DNA from: Bacteroidia bacterium
GTDB taxonomy: Bacteria > Bacteroidota > Bacteroidia > Chitinophagales > Saprospiraceae
DNA: 64,000 nt
NCBI GenBank assembly: GCA_030430845.1
Contig: JAUIKE010000001.1
Location: 3,545-67,544 of the forward strand
Direction: 5' to 3'
Below are positions 1 to 10,219 of this stretch, piece after piece (positions within the stretch are counted from its first letter, which is position 1; each line of letters begins with the position of its first letter). The notes beneath the pieces were generated by a model. It was not told where the DNA came from and did no database searches. It saw only the letters and a list, made by a program, of their open reading frames with translations. A program made the translations under genes and the position numbers.

Positions 1-1
1 T

Positions 2-1135
2 AACCACCAACAAGATATCATAGCCCAAAACAAAAAAGACCTGGATCTATATACGGGGGAAGACCCGGCTATGTTTGATCGTTTAAAAGTAGATGAAAAG
101 AAAGTTGCCGGCATGGTAGCTGCCATTCAGCACGTTCAATCCCTTAAAGATCCGGTGGGTAAAATCCTGTATACGCATACTCGGCCTGACGGCCTGACCA
201 TCGAAAATCAAGTCGTCCCCTTCGGAAAAATTCTGATCATCTACGAATCTCGCCCGGATGTTACCATCGAGGCAGCCGTGACGGCTTTTAAGGCAGGCAA
301 TACAATTCTGTTGAAAGGAGGAAAAGAAGCCCGGCATTCTAACCTGTGCCTGGTCGAACTCTGGCATAAAGCACTCGCTCAGCATGGCCTTGGCGATGAT
401 AAGATACGGTACCTCGACATGAACCGGACTGCTACACAACAGCTGATCAAAAATAATACCGAAAAAGTAGACTTGATCATTCCCAGAGGAGGTGATAGCC
501 TCATACAGTTTGTGATGGAACACTCTAATGTGCCGGTTGTCGTCAGCGGTAGGGGAAATAATTTTTTGTTGGTCGATCGGGATTGTGATTTTGAAATGGC
601 CACTAACATTATTCTCAATGGGAAACAGCGTTTGAGTGTATGTAATGCCTTAGATAAAGTTTTGTTGCATAAAGAAATTCCGGACTTAAAGGAAAAATTG
701 AACCACCTGATACGTAAGTTACAGTCTATGGAACTGGAAGTTTACGGAGACAGCAAATTGTGTGCACTCAATGAGCAGCTTATAAAAATGCCCGGTCAAA
801 ATATGATGTCCGAAGAATTCTTATCGGCGAAGATATTGCTGTGCCAAACGGAGGGAATAGAGCAAGCCATACGAACCATAAACGCCTATTCAGGTGGCCA
901 TTCTGCGGTTATTGTAACCAACAATACCGCCAGGGCTCGGCAATTCATGCAGGATGTAGATTGTGCTGCTGTCTACCACAACGCCTCCACCCGCTTTACC
1001 GACGGAGGCCAGTTCGGACTGGGTGCTGAAATTGCAATCAGTACGCAAAAACTACATTTCAGAGGCCCGATCGGTATGGAACAATTAGTTACAAACAAAT
1101 GGTTCGGCTTCGGAAACGGACAAATCAGAAAATGA
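2..1135 (+). CDS. proA: gamma-glutamyl phosphate reductase (glutamate-5-semialdehyde dehydrogenase), 5' end cut by window edge
   Basis: The frame is open from nt 2: NHQQDIIAQNKKDLDLYTGEDPA precedes the listed Met. ProA/aldehyde-dehydrogenase-fold motifs are present (YESRPDVT, LLKGGKEA, catalytic-Cys region LSVCNALDKVL, GGHSAVIVT, NASTRFTDGGQFG). The stop overlaps the downstream kinase start (ATGA). Confidence 0.9.
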   Translation, partial: NHQQDIIAQNKKDLDLYTGEDPAMFDRLKVDEKKVAGMVAAIQHVQSLKDPVGKILYTHTRPDGLTIENQVVPFGKILIIYESRPDVTIEAAVTAFKAGNTILLKGGKEARHSNLCLVELWHKALAQHGLGDDKIRYLDMNRTATQQLIKNNTEKVDLIIPRGGDSLIQFVMEHSNVPVVVSGRGNNFLLVDRDCDFEMATNIILNGKQRLSVCNALDKVLLHKEIPDLKEKLNHLIRKLQSMELEVYGDSKLCALNEQLIKMPGQNMMSEEFLSAKILLCQTEGIEQAIRTINAYSGGHSAVIVTNNTARARQFMQDVDCAAVYHNASTRFTDGGQFGLGAEIAISTQKLHFRGPIGMEQLVTNKWFGFGNGQIRK

Positions 1136-1896
1136 AAAAGATCATCGTACTCAAAATCGGGACCTCTACCCTTACGGCCGGAACTGACCGGATTTCGAGA
1201 GGAAAAATAGAAGACCTCGCCCGACAAATTGAGGTATTAAAAAAGCAATACCATATTATCCTTGTTTCTTCAGGTGCCATTGCCACCGCCCGTCAGTTCA
1301 TCTCCATCAGCGGATGGAACAAGCTAGTACCCTCCAAGCAGGCCATGTCGGCCATCGGCCAGCCCATCCTGATGCAAATTTATAACGAGGTGTTTCGCGA
1401 TTTTAATATCAAAACCGCCCAGTGCCTGATGACTTACCGGGATTTTGAAAACCCTAACAGCCGCCGGAATACCATGAACACCATTCAGGAATTACTCAAA
1501 CACGATTACCTGCCGATTATCAACGAAAATGATACAGTAGCCGTTGAAGAGATTATCCTGGGGGATAATGACAAACTGTCGGCCCTCGTAGCTAGCCTGG
1601 TGGATGCCAAAGCATTGTTCCTGGCTTCCGACATCGACGGAGTATTTGACAAAAACCCTCATAAGCACAAGGACGCCAGGCTGATCCCGAGCATCAGTGA
1701 CTTGGAGCAAGTCTCTCAATACATCGAAGAAAAACCTAACGGCCTGGGTACGGGCGGTATGACTTCCAAAATCCAGGCGGCTCGTATATGTTTTGAAAAA
1801 AACATCGATGTATTTATCGTCAATGGAGGAAGAACTAACTTTTTAGTGGATGCGTTAGAAGAGAAGATTCCCTATACACGCTTTTCTTTAGGATAA
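1132..1896 (+). CDS. proB: glutamate 5-kinase (short form, no PUA domain)
   Basis: Amino-acid-kinase family motifs are present (MKKIIVLKIGTSTL, VSSGAIA, INENDTVA, GTGGMTSKI). ATG 1132 was chosen over the listed alternative start at 1099 because it overlaps the proA stop. This is the classical proBA pairing. Confidence 0.9.
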   Translation: MKKIIVLKIGTSTLTAGTDRISRGKIEDLARQIEVLKKQYHIILVSSGAIATARQFISISGWNKLVPSKQAMSAIGQPILMQIYNEVFRDFNIKTAQCLMTYRDFENPNSRRNTMNTIQELLKHDYLPIINENDTVAVEEIILGDNDKLSALVASLVDAKALFLASDIDGVFDKNPHKHKDARLIPSISDLEQVSQYIEEKPNGLGTGGMTSKIQAARICFEKNIDVFIVNGGRTNFLVDALEEKIPYTRFSLG

Positions 1897-1920
1897 GGAT
1901 TGGCCGTTCGGCCAATCCTT
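1895..1920. terminator. bidirectional hairpin between convergent proB and desaturase genes
   Basis: Perfect 11-bp stem aaggattggcc / ggccaatcctt with 4-nt loop gttc. It overlaps both stop codons. Confidence 0.6.
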
Positions 1921-2860
1921 ATCTTGCTTTACTCAATTCATTTAACAAACCGCTTAAATAGCCTTGGGTAATATGGGCTTTGCCTTCATATTCCTCGTGG
2001 GACATAAGCAGTTGGTGCAGTTCCGGCAGATGATAAAAAGGAACCCCTGGATATAAATGATGTTCCAGATGATACCCGACATGATGCGGTGAAATAAAAA
2101 AGCGTTCCATCAAATTCGGCTTAACCGTCCGGGTAGAAGTCAGCAAATGATCATAGGCTAGCTCTCCGAAATGCTCCGCTACCGAGCGGATATACTGGAA
2201 CATAAAAAAGGTCGTCAAATAAGGTACAAACCAGTAAAGCAGGTAATACTTCCAAAGGCCGCCCACCGTAAGAAGTGTAAACAGCAAGAGGGTGAAAATC
2301 AAGCGGTTCCGTTTATGAGAAGTATTGGTTGAAGCTCTCCCTTTAGCGGATTGAAACCTTTTCAAAAACCAAATGGCATCTAATACGCCCTGATAAAAAA
2401 CCAAATAAGAAAATACGGTGAGGATAAACTCCTGCTTGGTTTTGGGAAAACGAAATTCCCGTTTCGTCAGTTTGGCGACCCAGTCTGGGTCCTCTTCGGT
2501 ATTTAAATGCCGATGATGCCGAAGGTGGTTGTCCCGGTATTTCTCAATAGAGGTAAAAAGTGGATACATCGTAAAAATGTTGGTAATCAGGTCGTTCATC
2601 TTCCGGTTCTTCATAAAGCGAAAGTGAGAAGCATCGTGCATCAAAATGGCCAGGGCATGCATACGGGCTCCAATAATGATTACTGCCAAAACATAGGTAA
2701 AAGGGTTGAAATACTGATTGCACAGGATAATGGTTGAAAAAATAAATGCCCAATCCATCGCCATCGCCATCGCGTGCCGAACTGCATGGGTCTGAAAAAG
2801 AGGCTTTAAGGATTGTGGGTCAACACTAAATTCCAGGTCATTGGCATCATTCCGATTCAT
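1919..2860 (-). CDS. membrane fatty-acid desaturase family protein
   Basis: Three histidine boxes (HDASH, HLRHHRH, HLEHHLYPGVP) and several hydrophobic spans. Confidence 0.85.
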   Translation of the reverse strand: MNRNDANDLEFSVDPQSLKPLFQTHAVRHAMAMAMDWAFIFSTIILCNQYFNPFTYVLAVIIIGARMHALAILMHDASHFRFMKNRKMNDLITNIFTMYPLFTSIEKYRDNHLRHHRHLNTEEDPDWVAKLTKREFRFPKTKQEFILTVFSYLVFYQGVLDAIWFLKRFQSAKGRASTNTSHKRNRLIFTLLLFTLLTVGGLWKYYLLYWFVPYLTTFFMFQYIRSVAEHFGELAYDHLLTSTRTVKPNLMERFFISPHHVGYHLEHHLYPGVPFYHLPELHQLLMSHEEYEGKAHITQGYLSGLLNELSKAR

Positions 2861-3097
2861 GATTTTTTTATTTTAGGTTTTGTAAGTGGATATGATGCAA
2901 TATCTTTAGATCAATGCAGGGATAGAACAGCCTCCCGGTAAGTGGCCCAAAGGGGGCGGTAAGTGCACAAGATGGCCGGATAAGTGGAAAGGAGGGAAAA
3001 TAACTCTGCGGAACGGTAAAGAAGTCTAAGCCTTCAGTTGATTGGGTCTGGCCGCCCACTATCCCGTACTCTGAACTCTGAACTAAAATTCACCTAT

Positions 3098-3922
3098 ATG
3101 CTTAAAAAAATGCTCTTTTTTCTCCTACTGCTCCCATACTCCTTGTTCTCTCAGGAAAGTGCTTTATTCCAGGAAATCAAAGCGCATCAGGAAGGTACGG
3201 CCCTCTGGTGGTCCGGCCACAACGGCTGGCTCATCAAATCCGGTGATTTGCTGGTCTCTACCGACCTGCTGCTGGACTATGACAAAAGAGCGCTGCCTCC
3301 TTCCATCAGCGCAGAGGAACTGGCCCAGGAACTGGATATTTCCTTTATCACCCACTACCATAAAGACCATTTTAACAGGCCAACTTCTAAAATTTTACTG
3401 AAAAAATCAGATTGTATCTTCGTCATGCCGGAAAGTTGTCTGGACGTCGCAAAAGAGCTGGGTATTCCAATGGAAAGGATAAAGGTGGCCAAGCCAGGAG
3501 AGCCTTTTGAGATCATGGGCATTCAAGTCGAGCCGCTGCGGGCCTTGCACGGCAATGCTAATTTTGCTATCTACAGTCAGGCAAATCTACAGGACGTAGG
3601 CTACCATCTCAACATCAACGGCACCACCTTTTTACAACCCGGCGATACCTACCTGCTCGAAGATCACCTTTTTCTCAAACATGTGGACGTTCTCTTTTTC
3701 TCCCCCACCGAACACAATATGTACATCGACCGCTCGGTCATCCTGATCAACACGCTCAACCCTGACTACATTTTCCCACAACACCACAGCACCGTGGTGG
3801 TCAATGAATCGACCCGTTTCTGGGCCAAAGGATACCAGGACGAAGTAAAGATTCGATTGTCGAAGCCTTTGCAGGAACGATATTATATTTTAAAGCAAGG
3901 AGATAAAGTTAAGATCGAGTGA
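3098..3922 (+). CDS. MBL-fold metallo-hydrolase, secreted
   Basis: HYHKDH (HxHxDH) zinc motif. ATG 3098 gives the signal peptide MLKKMLFFLLLLPYSLFSQ, so the listed upstream start at 3038 is unlikely. Confidence 0.75.
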   Translation: MLKKMLFFLLLLPYSLFSQESALFQEIKAHQEGTALWWSGHNGWLIKSGDLLVSTDLLLDYDKRALPPSISAEELAQELDISFITHYHKDHFNRPTSKILLKKSDCIFVMPESCLDVAKELGIPMERIKVAKPGEPFEIMGIQVEPLRALHGNANFAIYSQANLQDVGYHLNINGTTFLQPGDTYLLEDHLFLKHVDVLFFSPTEHNMYIDRSVILINTLNPDYIFPQHHSTVVVNESTRFWAKGYQDEVKIRLSKPLQERYYILKQGDKVKIE

Positions 3923-3947
3923 TAAAAACGACTGAGTCGTTTTTATC
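3921..3947. terminator. bidirectional hairpin between convergent MBL hydrolase and M1 peptidase genes
   Basis: Stem gataaaaacgac / tcgtttttatc with loop tgag. A/T runs flank it on both sides. Confidence 0.6.
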
Positions 3948-5595
3948 ACTCCGTAATTTTTAAGGCCCCGGCGTAAAAATTGACATCCAGCTCGAAAGAA
4001 GCATCTTTTTCTACCTTCATACCTTCCGACCAGCGTGCGGAGGGCTTCAGCCAATGTTCTTTTCCGCCGATCCAGGCTTTTACCGGCATACGGAAGCCTC
4101 GGACGCAGTTGGCCCAGCGATAGAAAAGCTGATCATCTTTGAAATAATATTCCACGATGGGAATTCGGATGTCTCTCAGGTACTGATCAAAGAAATAGTC
4201 CAGTTCTATTCCCGCCTGCTCAGCGATATAATCTTCAACCTGCTTGGTAGTCACGGTTTGGTGGTAGAAGGTTTCATTGAGCCCTCTGAGGATGTGGCGC
4301 CATTTTTCGTCATCATTGATGATTTGGCGAAGGGTATGCAGCAGATTCCCGCCTTTGTAGTACATATCTCCTGAGCCGCTGCGGTTAACACCATAGGTGC
4401 CGATAATTGGGCGATCGTTATTGATCCTGCTACGCGTACCGCGCACGTAAGCTGCCCCGGCCTCTTTACCAAAATAATATTCGACATACAGGCATTCGGA
4501 GTAATTCGTAAAGCTTTCATGTATCCACATATCCGCTTTGTCCTTGTAGGTAATATTATTGGCAAACCACTCATGCCCTGCCTCATGGATAATGATGAAA
4601 TCGAATTTTAAACCCCAGCCCGAATCACTCAGATCACTGCCGCGGTAGCCGTTGGCATAGCCATTGCCGTAGGTGACGGCGCTTTGGTGCTCCATACCAA
4701 GGTAAGGAACTTCCACTAATTTGAAGCCGTCTTCGTAAAAAGGGTAAGGACCGAACCAGTGTTCAAAGGCTTCCAGCATCATAGTACTTTGCTTAAATTG
4801 CTCTTTAGCCTTATCCAGATTTTCCTTCAGCACATAATAATTACACTCCAAAGCACCTTTCTCTCCCTCGTAAGTTTCAGAAAAATGAGCATAATCCGCC
4901 ACACTCAGGTTGACGCCGTAGTTATTGATCGGGTTGGTCACAAACCAGTGGTAGGTTGTTGTTTTATCCTTGTTTTGATCCACTGATCTTAATTGTCCGT
5001 TCGAGACATCCATCAGGCCCTCCGGTACCGTCACACTGATCAGCATGCTGTCGGGCTCGTCGGCCGGATGATCCTTGCAGGGCCACCAGATACTGGCTCC
5101 GATGCCCTGATTAGCATTCGCGATGAACGGCTTGCCCTGGCTGTCCTTCACCCATGTAATTCCGCCATCCCATGGAGGACGAACGGCCACTTTAGGCTTG
5201 CCCGAAAAATGAACTTCTACCTCGTTTATAGAGCCTTTTGACTGTTTTTTATTTAACCAAACAAACCAGGCATTGCCGTCCTTTTCCACTTTTAAGGATT
5301 GTCCGTCCTGCACTACTTTTTCAATAGCCATGGGCGACTGCAGGTCAATTTGCATGACCCCTCCATTATCGAGAACTGTATATTGGATGGTGTTTTTGCC
5401 TTCGATGGATTGATTATCTGGGTCTACGCTCACTTCCAGGTGGTAATAGTTAAGATCCCACCAGGCTCGTTCTTTGGTGATCGAGCCACGCAGGGTATCC
5501 TGTCGGGAAAAACCAGGCGTTTGGGAAGTTAATGGAAGAGCAAATAACAAGGAAGCCAATGATAATAGTAATGGAAGGGTGAAATGCTTTTTCAT
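3946..5595 (-). CDS. M1-family zinc metallopeptidase (aminopeptidase N-like), secreted
   Basis: HEAGHEWF (HExxH) is followed by WIHESFTNY, which supplies the distal Glu ligand. N-terminal signal peptide MKKHFTLPLLLSLASLLFALPLTSQ. Confidence 0.9.
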   Translation of the reverse strand: MKKHFTLPLLLSLASLLFALPLTSQTPGFSRQDTLRGSITKERAWWDLNYYHLEVSVDPDNQSIEGKNTIQYTVLDNGGVMQIDLQSPMAIEKVVQDGQSLKVEKDGNAWFVWLNKKQSKGSINEVEVHFSGKPKVAVRPPWDGGITWVKDSQGKPFIANANQGIGASIWWPCKDHPADEPDSMLISVTVPEGLMDVSNGQLRSVDQNKDKTTTYHWFVTNPINNYGVNLSVADYAHFSETYEGEKGALECNYYVLKENLDKAKEQFKQSTMMLEAFEHWFGPYPFYEDGFKLVEVPYLGMEHQSAVTYGNGYANGYRGSDLSDSGWGLKFDFIIIHEAGHEWFANNITYKDKADMWIHESFTNYSECLYVEYYFGKEAGAAYVRGTRSRINNDRPIIGTYGVNRSGSGDMYYKGGNLLHTLRQIINDDEKWRHILRGLNETFYHQTVTTKQVEDYIAEQAGIELDYFFDQYLRDIRIPIVEYYFKDDQLFYRWANCVRGFRMPVKAWIGGKEHWLKPSARWSEGMKVEKDASFELDVNFYAGALKITE

Positions 5596-5708
5596 GTTTA
5601 CTTTTTTGTTTAATCCTTATTACCCAAAGAAACAAAAAAGCTATTTAATTCAAGTTGGGATTTGGCTCACAATTGAAAAAAATTTCAATCATAGCATAGT
5701 GTTTTAGG

Positions 5709-6206
5709 TTATTTTTTAGGTTTTCTTTTTTTCTTTATATGGTCTTTGAAAGCACCGGAAATGGTGCTGGGATCGATCCCATCCACCCGATCTTCCAACT
5801 CTGGCGGGAGATCTCTTTTTAATTGATCTGGTTCAATTGCGGCTAAGAGCTTAGCTATTTCAGCCCCTTCAACCGAGGTGTCCTCAAGCTCGTCCAGGAT
5901 CAGGTCATAAGTGATCAGGTAAATTTTATTGCCATCGTATCTGAGCCCTCCGGATATGATCAACTGGCCTTTTGCCTGGCGGTCGTTTTTTAGTTTATCG
6001 GCCAAATCTTTTATAGCTTCCATTACATTATTGCGCGTGGCCTTTTTGCCTTGCAGGATTTGCATATCAGAAGATCCCATCTCAAGGCGATTCATCCAGT
6101 CTTCCACCTTGTTGATATATTCGCTAAAATCGGGCAAATTACCCAGCTCCGGATGCTCATTTGCATTGATTATCAGAACATAAATTTTATCATATACTTG
6201 GCTCAT
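5709..6206 (-). CDS. truncated caspase-like paralogue lacking the catalytic His and Cys (pseudo-caspase)
   Basis: It aligns in register with aa 8-137 of the neighbouring caspase-like protein. Examples: KATRNNVMEAIKDLADKLKN vs EATLKNILRELKLLSEKTKN, and KIYLITYDLILDELEDTSVEGAEIAKLL vs KYYLVPYDFDLLIPEDTALEDSEFAKKI. The His motif SGHGY is replaced by SGGLRY. The protein ends before the Cys strand (no LLLIMDSC equivalent) and has a basic tail KKKRKPKK. It lies 27 nt downstream of the NACHT gene. Confidence 0.65.
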   Translation of the reverse strand: MSQVYDKIYVLIINANEHPELGNLPDFSEYINKVEDWMNRLEMGSSDMQILQGKKATRNNVMEAIKDLADKLKNDRQAKGQLIISGGLRYDGNKIYLITYDLILDELEDTSVEGAEIAKLLAAIEPDQLKRDLPPELEDRVDGIDPSTISGAFKDHIKKKRKPKK

Positions 6207-6233
6207 AATTTGGGTTTTAAGTAAAAAATTGAC

Positions 6234-9200
6234 TTACCTATCTTCATATATCTCTTCCTGTTCCTTTGTATACAAGACAGCTCCGTAATGTAGCAGCATC
6301 TCAAATTCATTATCGGTAAGCGGTTCGATCCACTGTACTTTTGTCAGATCCAGTCCTTCCACCTTCAGCCCTGTATAATTCATGATGCTTTTTTCAAGTT
6401 TCGTATTTTCCATGTTCCATTTTTTGAGGGTCAGGTCCTGCGAGGTCGAATACAGGTATTTTCCTTCATCGTCAAAGCTCAAATCAATGATATAGTCAGT
6501 ATGGCCAATAAACTTCCTGATGTTGATTTCATTAGTATCTCGATTCAAAGTAATTTCAATCAGGCTTTTATTGGTGCCGGCCATGATTTTATTCAAATCC
6601 TTATGATAGGCTGCATAGGTAAAATACTCCTCAGTATCAGAAACATCTATGATCAGCCGTTCTTCGCGAGTATCTATATTCCACTCTTTCAACTTCCCAT
6701 CCATACCTCCCGAGAGTAGATAATTTGCTAAGACATCCATAGTAAAAACACCGTCACCATGGTCAAATTCTGCAACAGGTTTATCTTCTTCCAAATCTGC
6801 ATCCCAAACAAATAAGCGGCCATTCACCTCACTGACGATAACAAAAAATCGGTTTTCGTCGACCATGATCGCTACCTGGGTAATAGATTTCCTTACAGTC
6901 CTGGTACGATAAGATCTTATTTGTTTTCTTTCTTTCAAGGACCATAGATTGAGTCGCCCATTCATATCTCCGGAAGCGACGATCCCCGCTTTATTATTGA
7001 TAGCAAGAGAGGTTACCGTGGCTTGATGCTCTTCAAATGCCCACTTCAACTTTCCCCTCAAATCCCATATTTGAATGAGACCGTCCTCCCCAGCTGTGAC
7101 GATGCGGTCGGTTTCTCCTCTGTCAGTTTCGTAATATCCAATGGCATAAGGCGGGGAAGAAGCCTGAAGCTTGTATTTAAATGCCAGGGTATCACTATCT
7201 AATCCCTGAATGTCACCATTTTCCGAACATGCCAGCACGAATGGAGAACCAGGCATTTTGCAGATGGCATTGTAAGGGATCAGATGAGGAGAAAAAGCAT
7301 GCTCGACCTGCCCAGTAGCGGTCGACCATTTTTTGATCGAGCCGTCAAAGGAGCCGGAAAAGAAATAATTTTCATCTTTCAGGTACACGATACTGGAAGC
7401 TCGCCGGACGTGCCCTTTAAACACCTGTGTGACAGAATGCTGTCGAGCCCCCTGGGGGTCTTTTAAGGCCCATTCATAGATGTAATCATCCAGTCCTGCG
7501 ACCAATAAATATTCTCCGGACGGGCTGTAAGCCACATCAGCGCTGTAAAACTGAGGATTGTTCTTAGGTGGATTGACAAAATGAAACACTTTTTGTTCCT
7601 TGTCAAAATCTATTTTCCATTCTTTAATGATCCACTCCATACTGCCCAAAGTTCCTTCCAAAGACACGGCGACGAAGAACCTGCTATCCGGGCTCAAAGC
7701 CAGTGCGACCACATTTTTGTGAGGATACACCCTGGTTTTTATTTTGGTAAGGGTAGATATTTCGATTAAAGCTTGGTTCTTCCCGCCTACCAAAATGGCA
7801 TTTCCTCCCTTGATATACCGAAAACACTGGGCTTGCTTTCCATCCGGATAGAACCATGAGCGGCACTGCCCGTCACGAGTTGACCATTCCCCCATTTTTC
7901 CATCATCATACAGAGCCATGATGGTTGCTCCATCCGGATGATATTCTATTTGGAGGATACCGGTTTTATGGCCTCGCAGAACTTTCAATGCCTGGCCGGT
8001 TTCTACCGACCACTCGATGATTTTATTATCCAGGCCTCCGGAAGCGATTTTTTGACCATCGGGGCTGAAGGCGACCGTCCCCACTTCGTCGTTATGGCGG
8101 TGAATGCCTCCTAGGTCATGGAAATGTTCCAGGGTACTCAATTTCCACAATTTCACATGCCCTGATCGGGATGCCGAAGCTAAAATCTGACCGTCAGGGC
8201 TTAGCCTTACTACGTTCACTTCACTTTCATGGCCTTCTGAGAATAATTGCTTGGGGGCCAGGTAGCTTTCGTCCCATTTACTGTCGATGGCATAGCCCTT
8301 ATCCCCAGGCACCACTACCCGGCGACAATCGATCCCATTAAAATTAAAGCCGCTCAGGTGTAGGTCAGACAGATCGACTCCTGCAAAGCTCCCCCTCAAT
8401 TTTTTCCAGATATGCAGGATGTTCCACACACAATGGCCTATTTTTTCTTTTTCAAATATACCCCGGCAAAGATCAACCACATGGCCCAGGCTGGTTTTTT
8501 GTCTGTAATCCTCCCATTTCAATTTAGGGTTTGCAAATTCAGGCTTGTTGTAATGCTCGCCGGCCAACTCCCCCAAAGTTTTTTGAAGGTTCTCAGGAAG
8601 GACCTGATCCCTTAAAACAGAAGGGATCTCTCCTTTTTCCAAAGAAGCATTTATCTCATTCAATACATGCCGGGCTGCGAAGTATTCCTGAAAAGACTGG
8701 TGGGTAAACCTCAGGACCCAACCTTCCTTGGCAACCGGAAACAGCGCTTTGGCCAGGTCCTGGGCCAGGCGTTCAAAGCGACCAATTTCTTTGACCAAAG
8801 ACAATTCTCCGATCTGTAAATACTGGATACCCATCCGATATCTTTTGATATGACTCCGGAAACTAAATTCTTTGAAAAAATCCGGTTCGCTGAATCGATT
8901 AAAAGCTACTCTGACGATTTGTTCCAGTTCTTTTTCCGTAATCTCCTGGACTTGTGCTTTTTCCATATGGTAAGCAATGAAGGGCAGCACGTAATGAATG
9001 GTAAAATGGCATCGAGTGCGCAATTCAGCCAGTTCCTCTCCTTGAGATTCTTTTTCAAATTTATGCAACTGGATCTCCAGGTAATCCCAAATGAGCTCAG
9101 CCGTACTGTTGATCGGCCGAAGGGTATTAGGCATATCTGCCAATTGCTCATTTTGCAGGCCGGCGTATAATCGCAGCATCATCGGAATGGTCAGCAGATC

Positions 9201-10202
9201 TTTGAGATCCTCATTGATCGCATTAAATTTCTCCTCCTTTTTGTCATCTTCGAGGAATAAGTAAGCTTTGACCTGCTCTTCTGATAAAGGTATGACCTCC
9301 AGTTTTTCAAAACTTTCGGTAAATGGGTGGTTCGATTCAAAACGAGAACTAACGATCATCCTAAGGTGGCCTTTATTGGCCAAAGGGGCCCATTTTTCAT
9401 TCAGATCGATCAGTAATGGGGTAATATCCGTAGTGATCTCGTCCAATCCATCTAAGATCAAAAGCACATCTTCCAGACCGGCTTCCTTTCCTTTTATTGA
9501 ACCGTTGTTTTCACCGCTCAGCCATTTCCGTAAATTTTGTTCCGACTCACTATCCAGGCGAGGGCGTCCCAGGTAGTATTCCGCAATATATTGTGTAATG
9601 AAGTTTTCGCGAATCAATGGAGAAACCCTGTTGTATTGATTTAAGGCAATGTAAATAGGGATGATATTTTTCCCGGCTCGATTTTTCCCTTTCTTCTTAC
9701 CGCTTGAGTCCTCTTTTTCTTTACCATGTCCTATCAATTGCTTCCAGGCCCACAACAGGGATACCGTTTTACCCATTCCCCCCTCTCCGGTTAGGAAGGT
9801 ATTACGCTCGGTTTCCTGAAGGTGGTCCATCAAAGAAACGACGGCTTCTGTCTCTTCTCCTACGGTAACATTGGCCAGCAGATGCTCGCTATACTCCAAA
9901 TGTTCGAAACGACCATCAGGGCCTGTAATTCCTTCATAGAAGAAATAAGAACCTTTATTCAATAACTTAGCGATCTCCTCTACCTTCAGTCCTTGCTGCC
10001 CCTGAAAGATCTGGGTGATCTTATTACCGCCTACAATATCACCGACTGATAAATTACCGCCTCCGGTGCTGATATTCTCAAAAAAATGCCCTTTCGATTC
10101 CTTCTTGATGATGGTTTGGGAATGGTCGTGAAAATCTCTGCCGGCGACCTTATTATGATCGCCTGTTACATTTTGGTTTACGGATTGGTCTTGTTTTAAC
10201 AT
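6234..10202 (-). CDS. NACHT-family STAND NTPase with about 14 C-terminal WD40 repeats and an N-terminal Gly/Asp-rich motif (bacterial NLR-like protein)
   Basis: Walker A GEGGMGKT (aa 139-146, nt 9765-9788) and Walker B VLLILDGLDE (aa 246-255). Helical NACHT-associated region extends to about aa 640. About 14 blades end in xxxW motifs (VKLWKL, IIEWSV, MGEWST ... LKKWNM; roughly nt 6333-8240). The N-terminal 70 aa are homologous to the caspase C-terminal region. Confidence 0.9.
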   Translation of the reverse strand: MLKQDQSVNQNVTGDHNKVAGRDFHDHSQTIIKKESKGHFFENISTGGGNLSVGDIVGGNKITQIFQGQQGLKVEEIAKLLNKGSYFFYEGITGPDGRFEHLEYSEHLLANVTVGEETEAVVSLMDHLQETERNTFLTGEGGMGKTVSLLWAWKQLIGHGKEKEDSSGKKKGKNRAGKNIIPIYIALNQYNRVSPLIRENFITQYIAEYYLGRPRLDSESEQNLRKWLSGENNGSIKGKEAGLEDVLLILDGLDEITTDITPLLIDLNEKWAPLANKGHLRMIVSSRFESNHPFTESFEKLEVIPLSEEQVKAYLFLEDDKKEEKFNAINEDLKDLLTIPMMLRLYAGLQNEQLADMPNTLRPINSTAELIWDYLEIQLHKFEKESQGEELAELRTRCHFTIHYVLPFIAYHMEKAQVQEITEKELEQIVRVAFNRFSEPDFFKEFSFRSHIKRYRMGIQYLQIGELSLVKEIGRFERLAQDLAKALFPVAKEGWVLRFTHQSFQEYFAARHVLNEINASLEKGEIPSVLRDQVLPENLQKTLGELAGEHYNKPEFANPKLKWEDYRQKTSLGHVVDLCRGIFEKEKIGHCVWNILHIWKKLRGSFAGVDLSDLHLSGFNFNGIDCRRVVVPGDKGYAIDSKWDESYLAPKQLFSEGHESEVNVVRLSPDGQILASASRSGHVKLWKLSTLEHFHDLGGIHRHNDEVGTVAFSPDGQKIASGGLDNKIIEWSVETGQALKVLRGHKTGILQIEYHPDGATIMALYDDGKMGEWSTRDGQCRSWFYPDGKQAQCFRYIKGGNAILVGGKNQALIEISTLTKIKTRVYPHKNVVALALSPDSRFFVAVSLEGTLGSMEWIIKEWKIDFDKEQKVFHFVNPPKNNPQFYSADVAYSPSGEYLLVAGLDDYIYEWALKDPQGARQHSVTQVFKGHVRRASSIVYLKDENYFFSGSFDGSIKKWSTATGQVEHAFSPHLIPYNAICKMPGSPFVLACSENGDIQGLDSDTLAFKYKLQASSPPYAIGYYETDRGETDRIVTAGEDGLIQIWDLRGKLKWAFEEHQATVTSLAINNKAGIVASGDMNGRLNLWSLKERKQIRSYRTRTVRKSITQVAIMVDENRFFVIVSEVNGRLFVWDADLEEDKPVAEFDHGDGVFTMDVLANYLLSGGMDGKLKEWNIDTREERLIIDVSDTEEYFTYAAYHKDLNKIMAGTNKSLIEITLNRDTNEINIRKFIGHTDYIIDLSFDDEGKYLYSTSQDLTLKKWNMENTKLEKSIMNYTGLKVEGLDLTKVQWIEPLTDNEFEMLLHYGAVLYTKEQEEIYEDR

Positions 10203-10219
10203 AAGGTATTAGACTTGTA

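Noticed and set aside
5709-6206. The small gene next to the caspase as a gasdermin-like or other pore-forming substrate.
   Set aside because: At 165 aa it is too short for a gasdermin, and it aligns in register to the caspase N-terminal half instead. It is interpreted as a pseudo-caspase.
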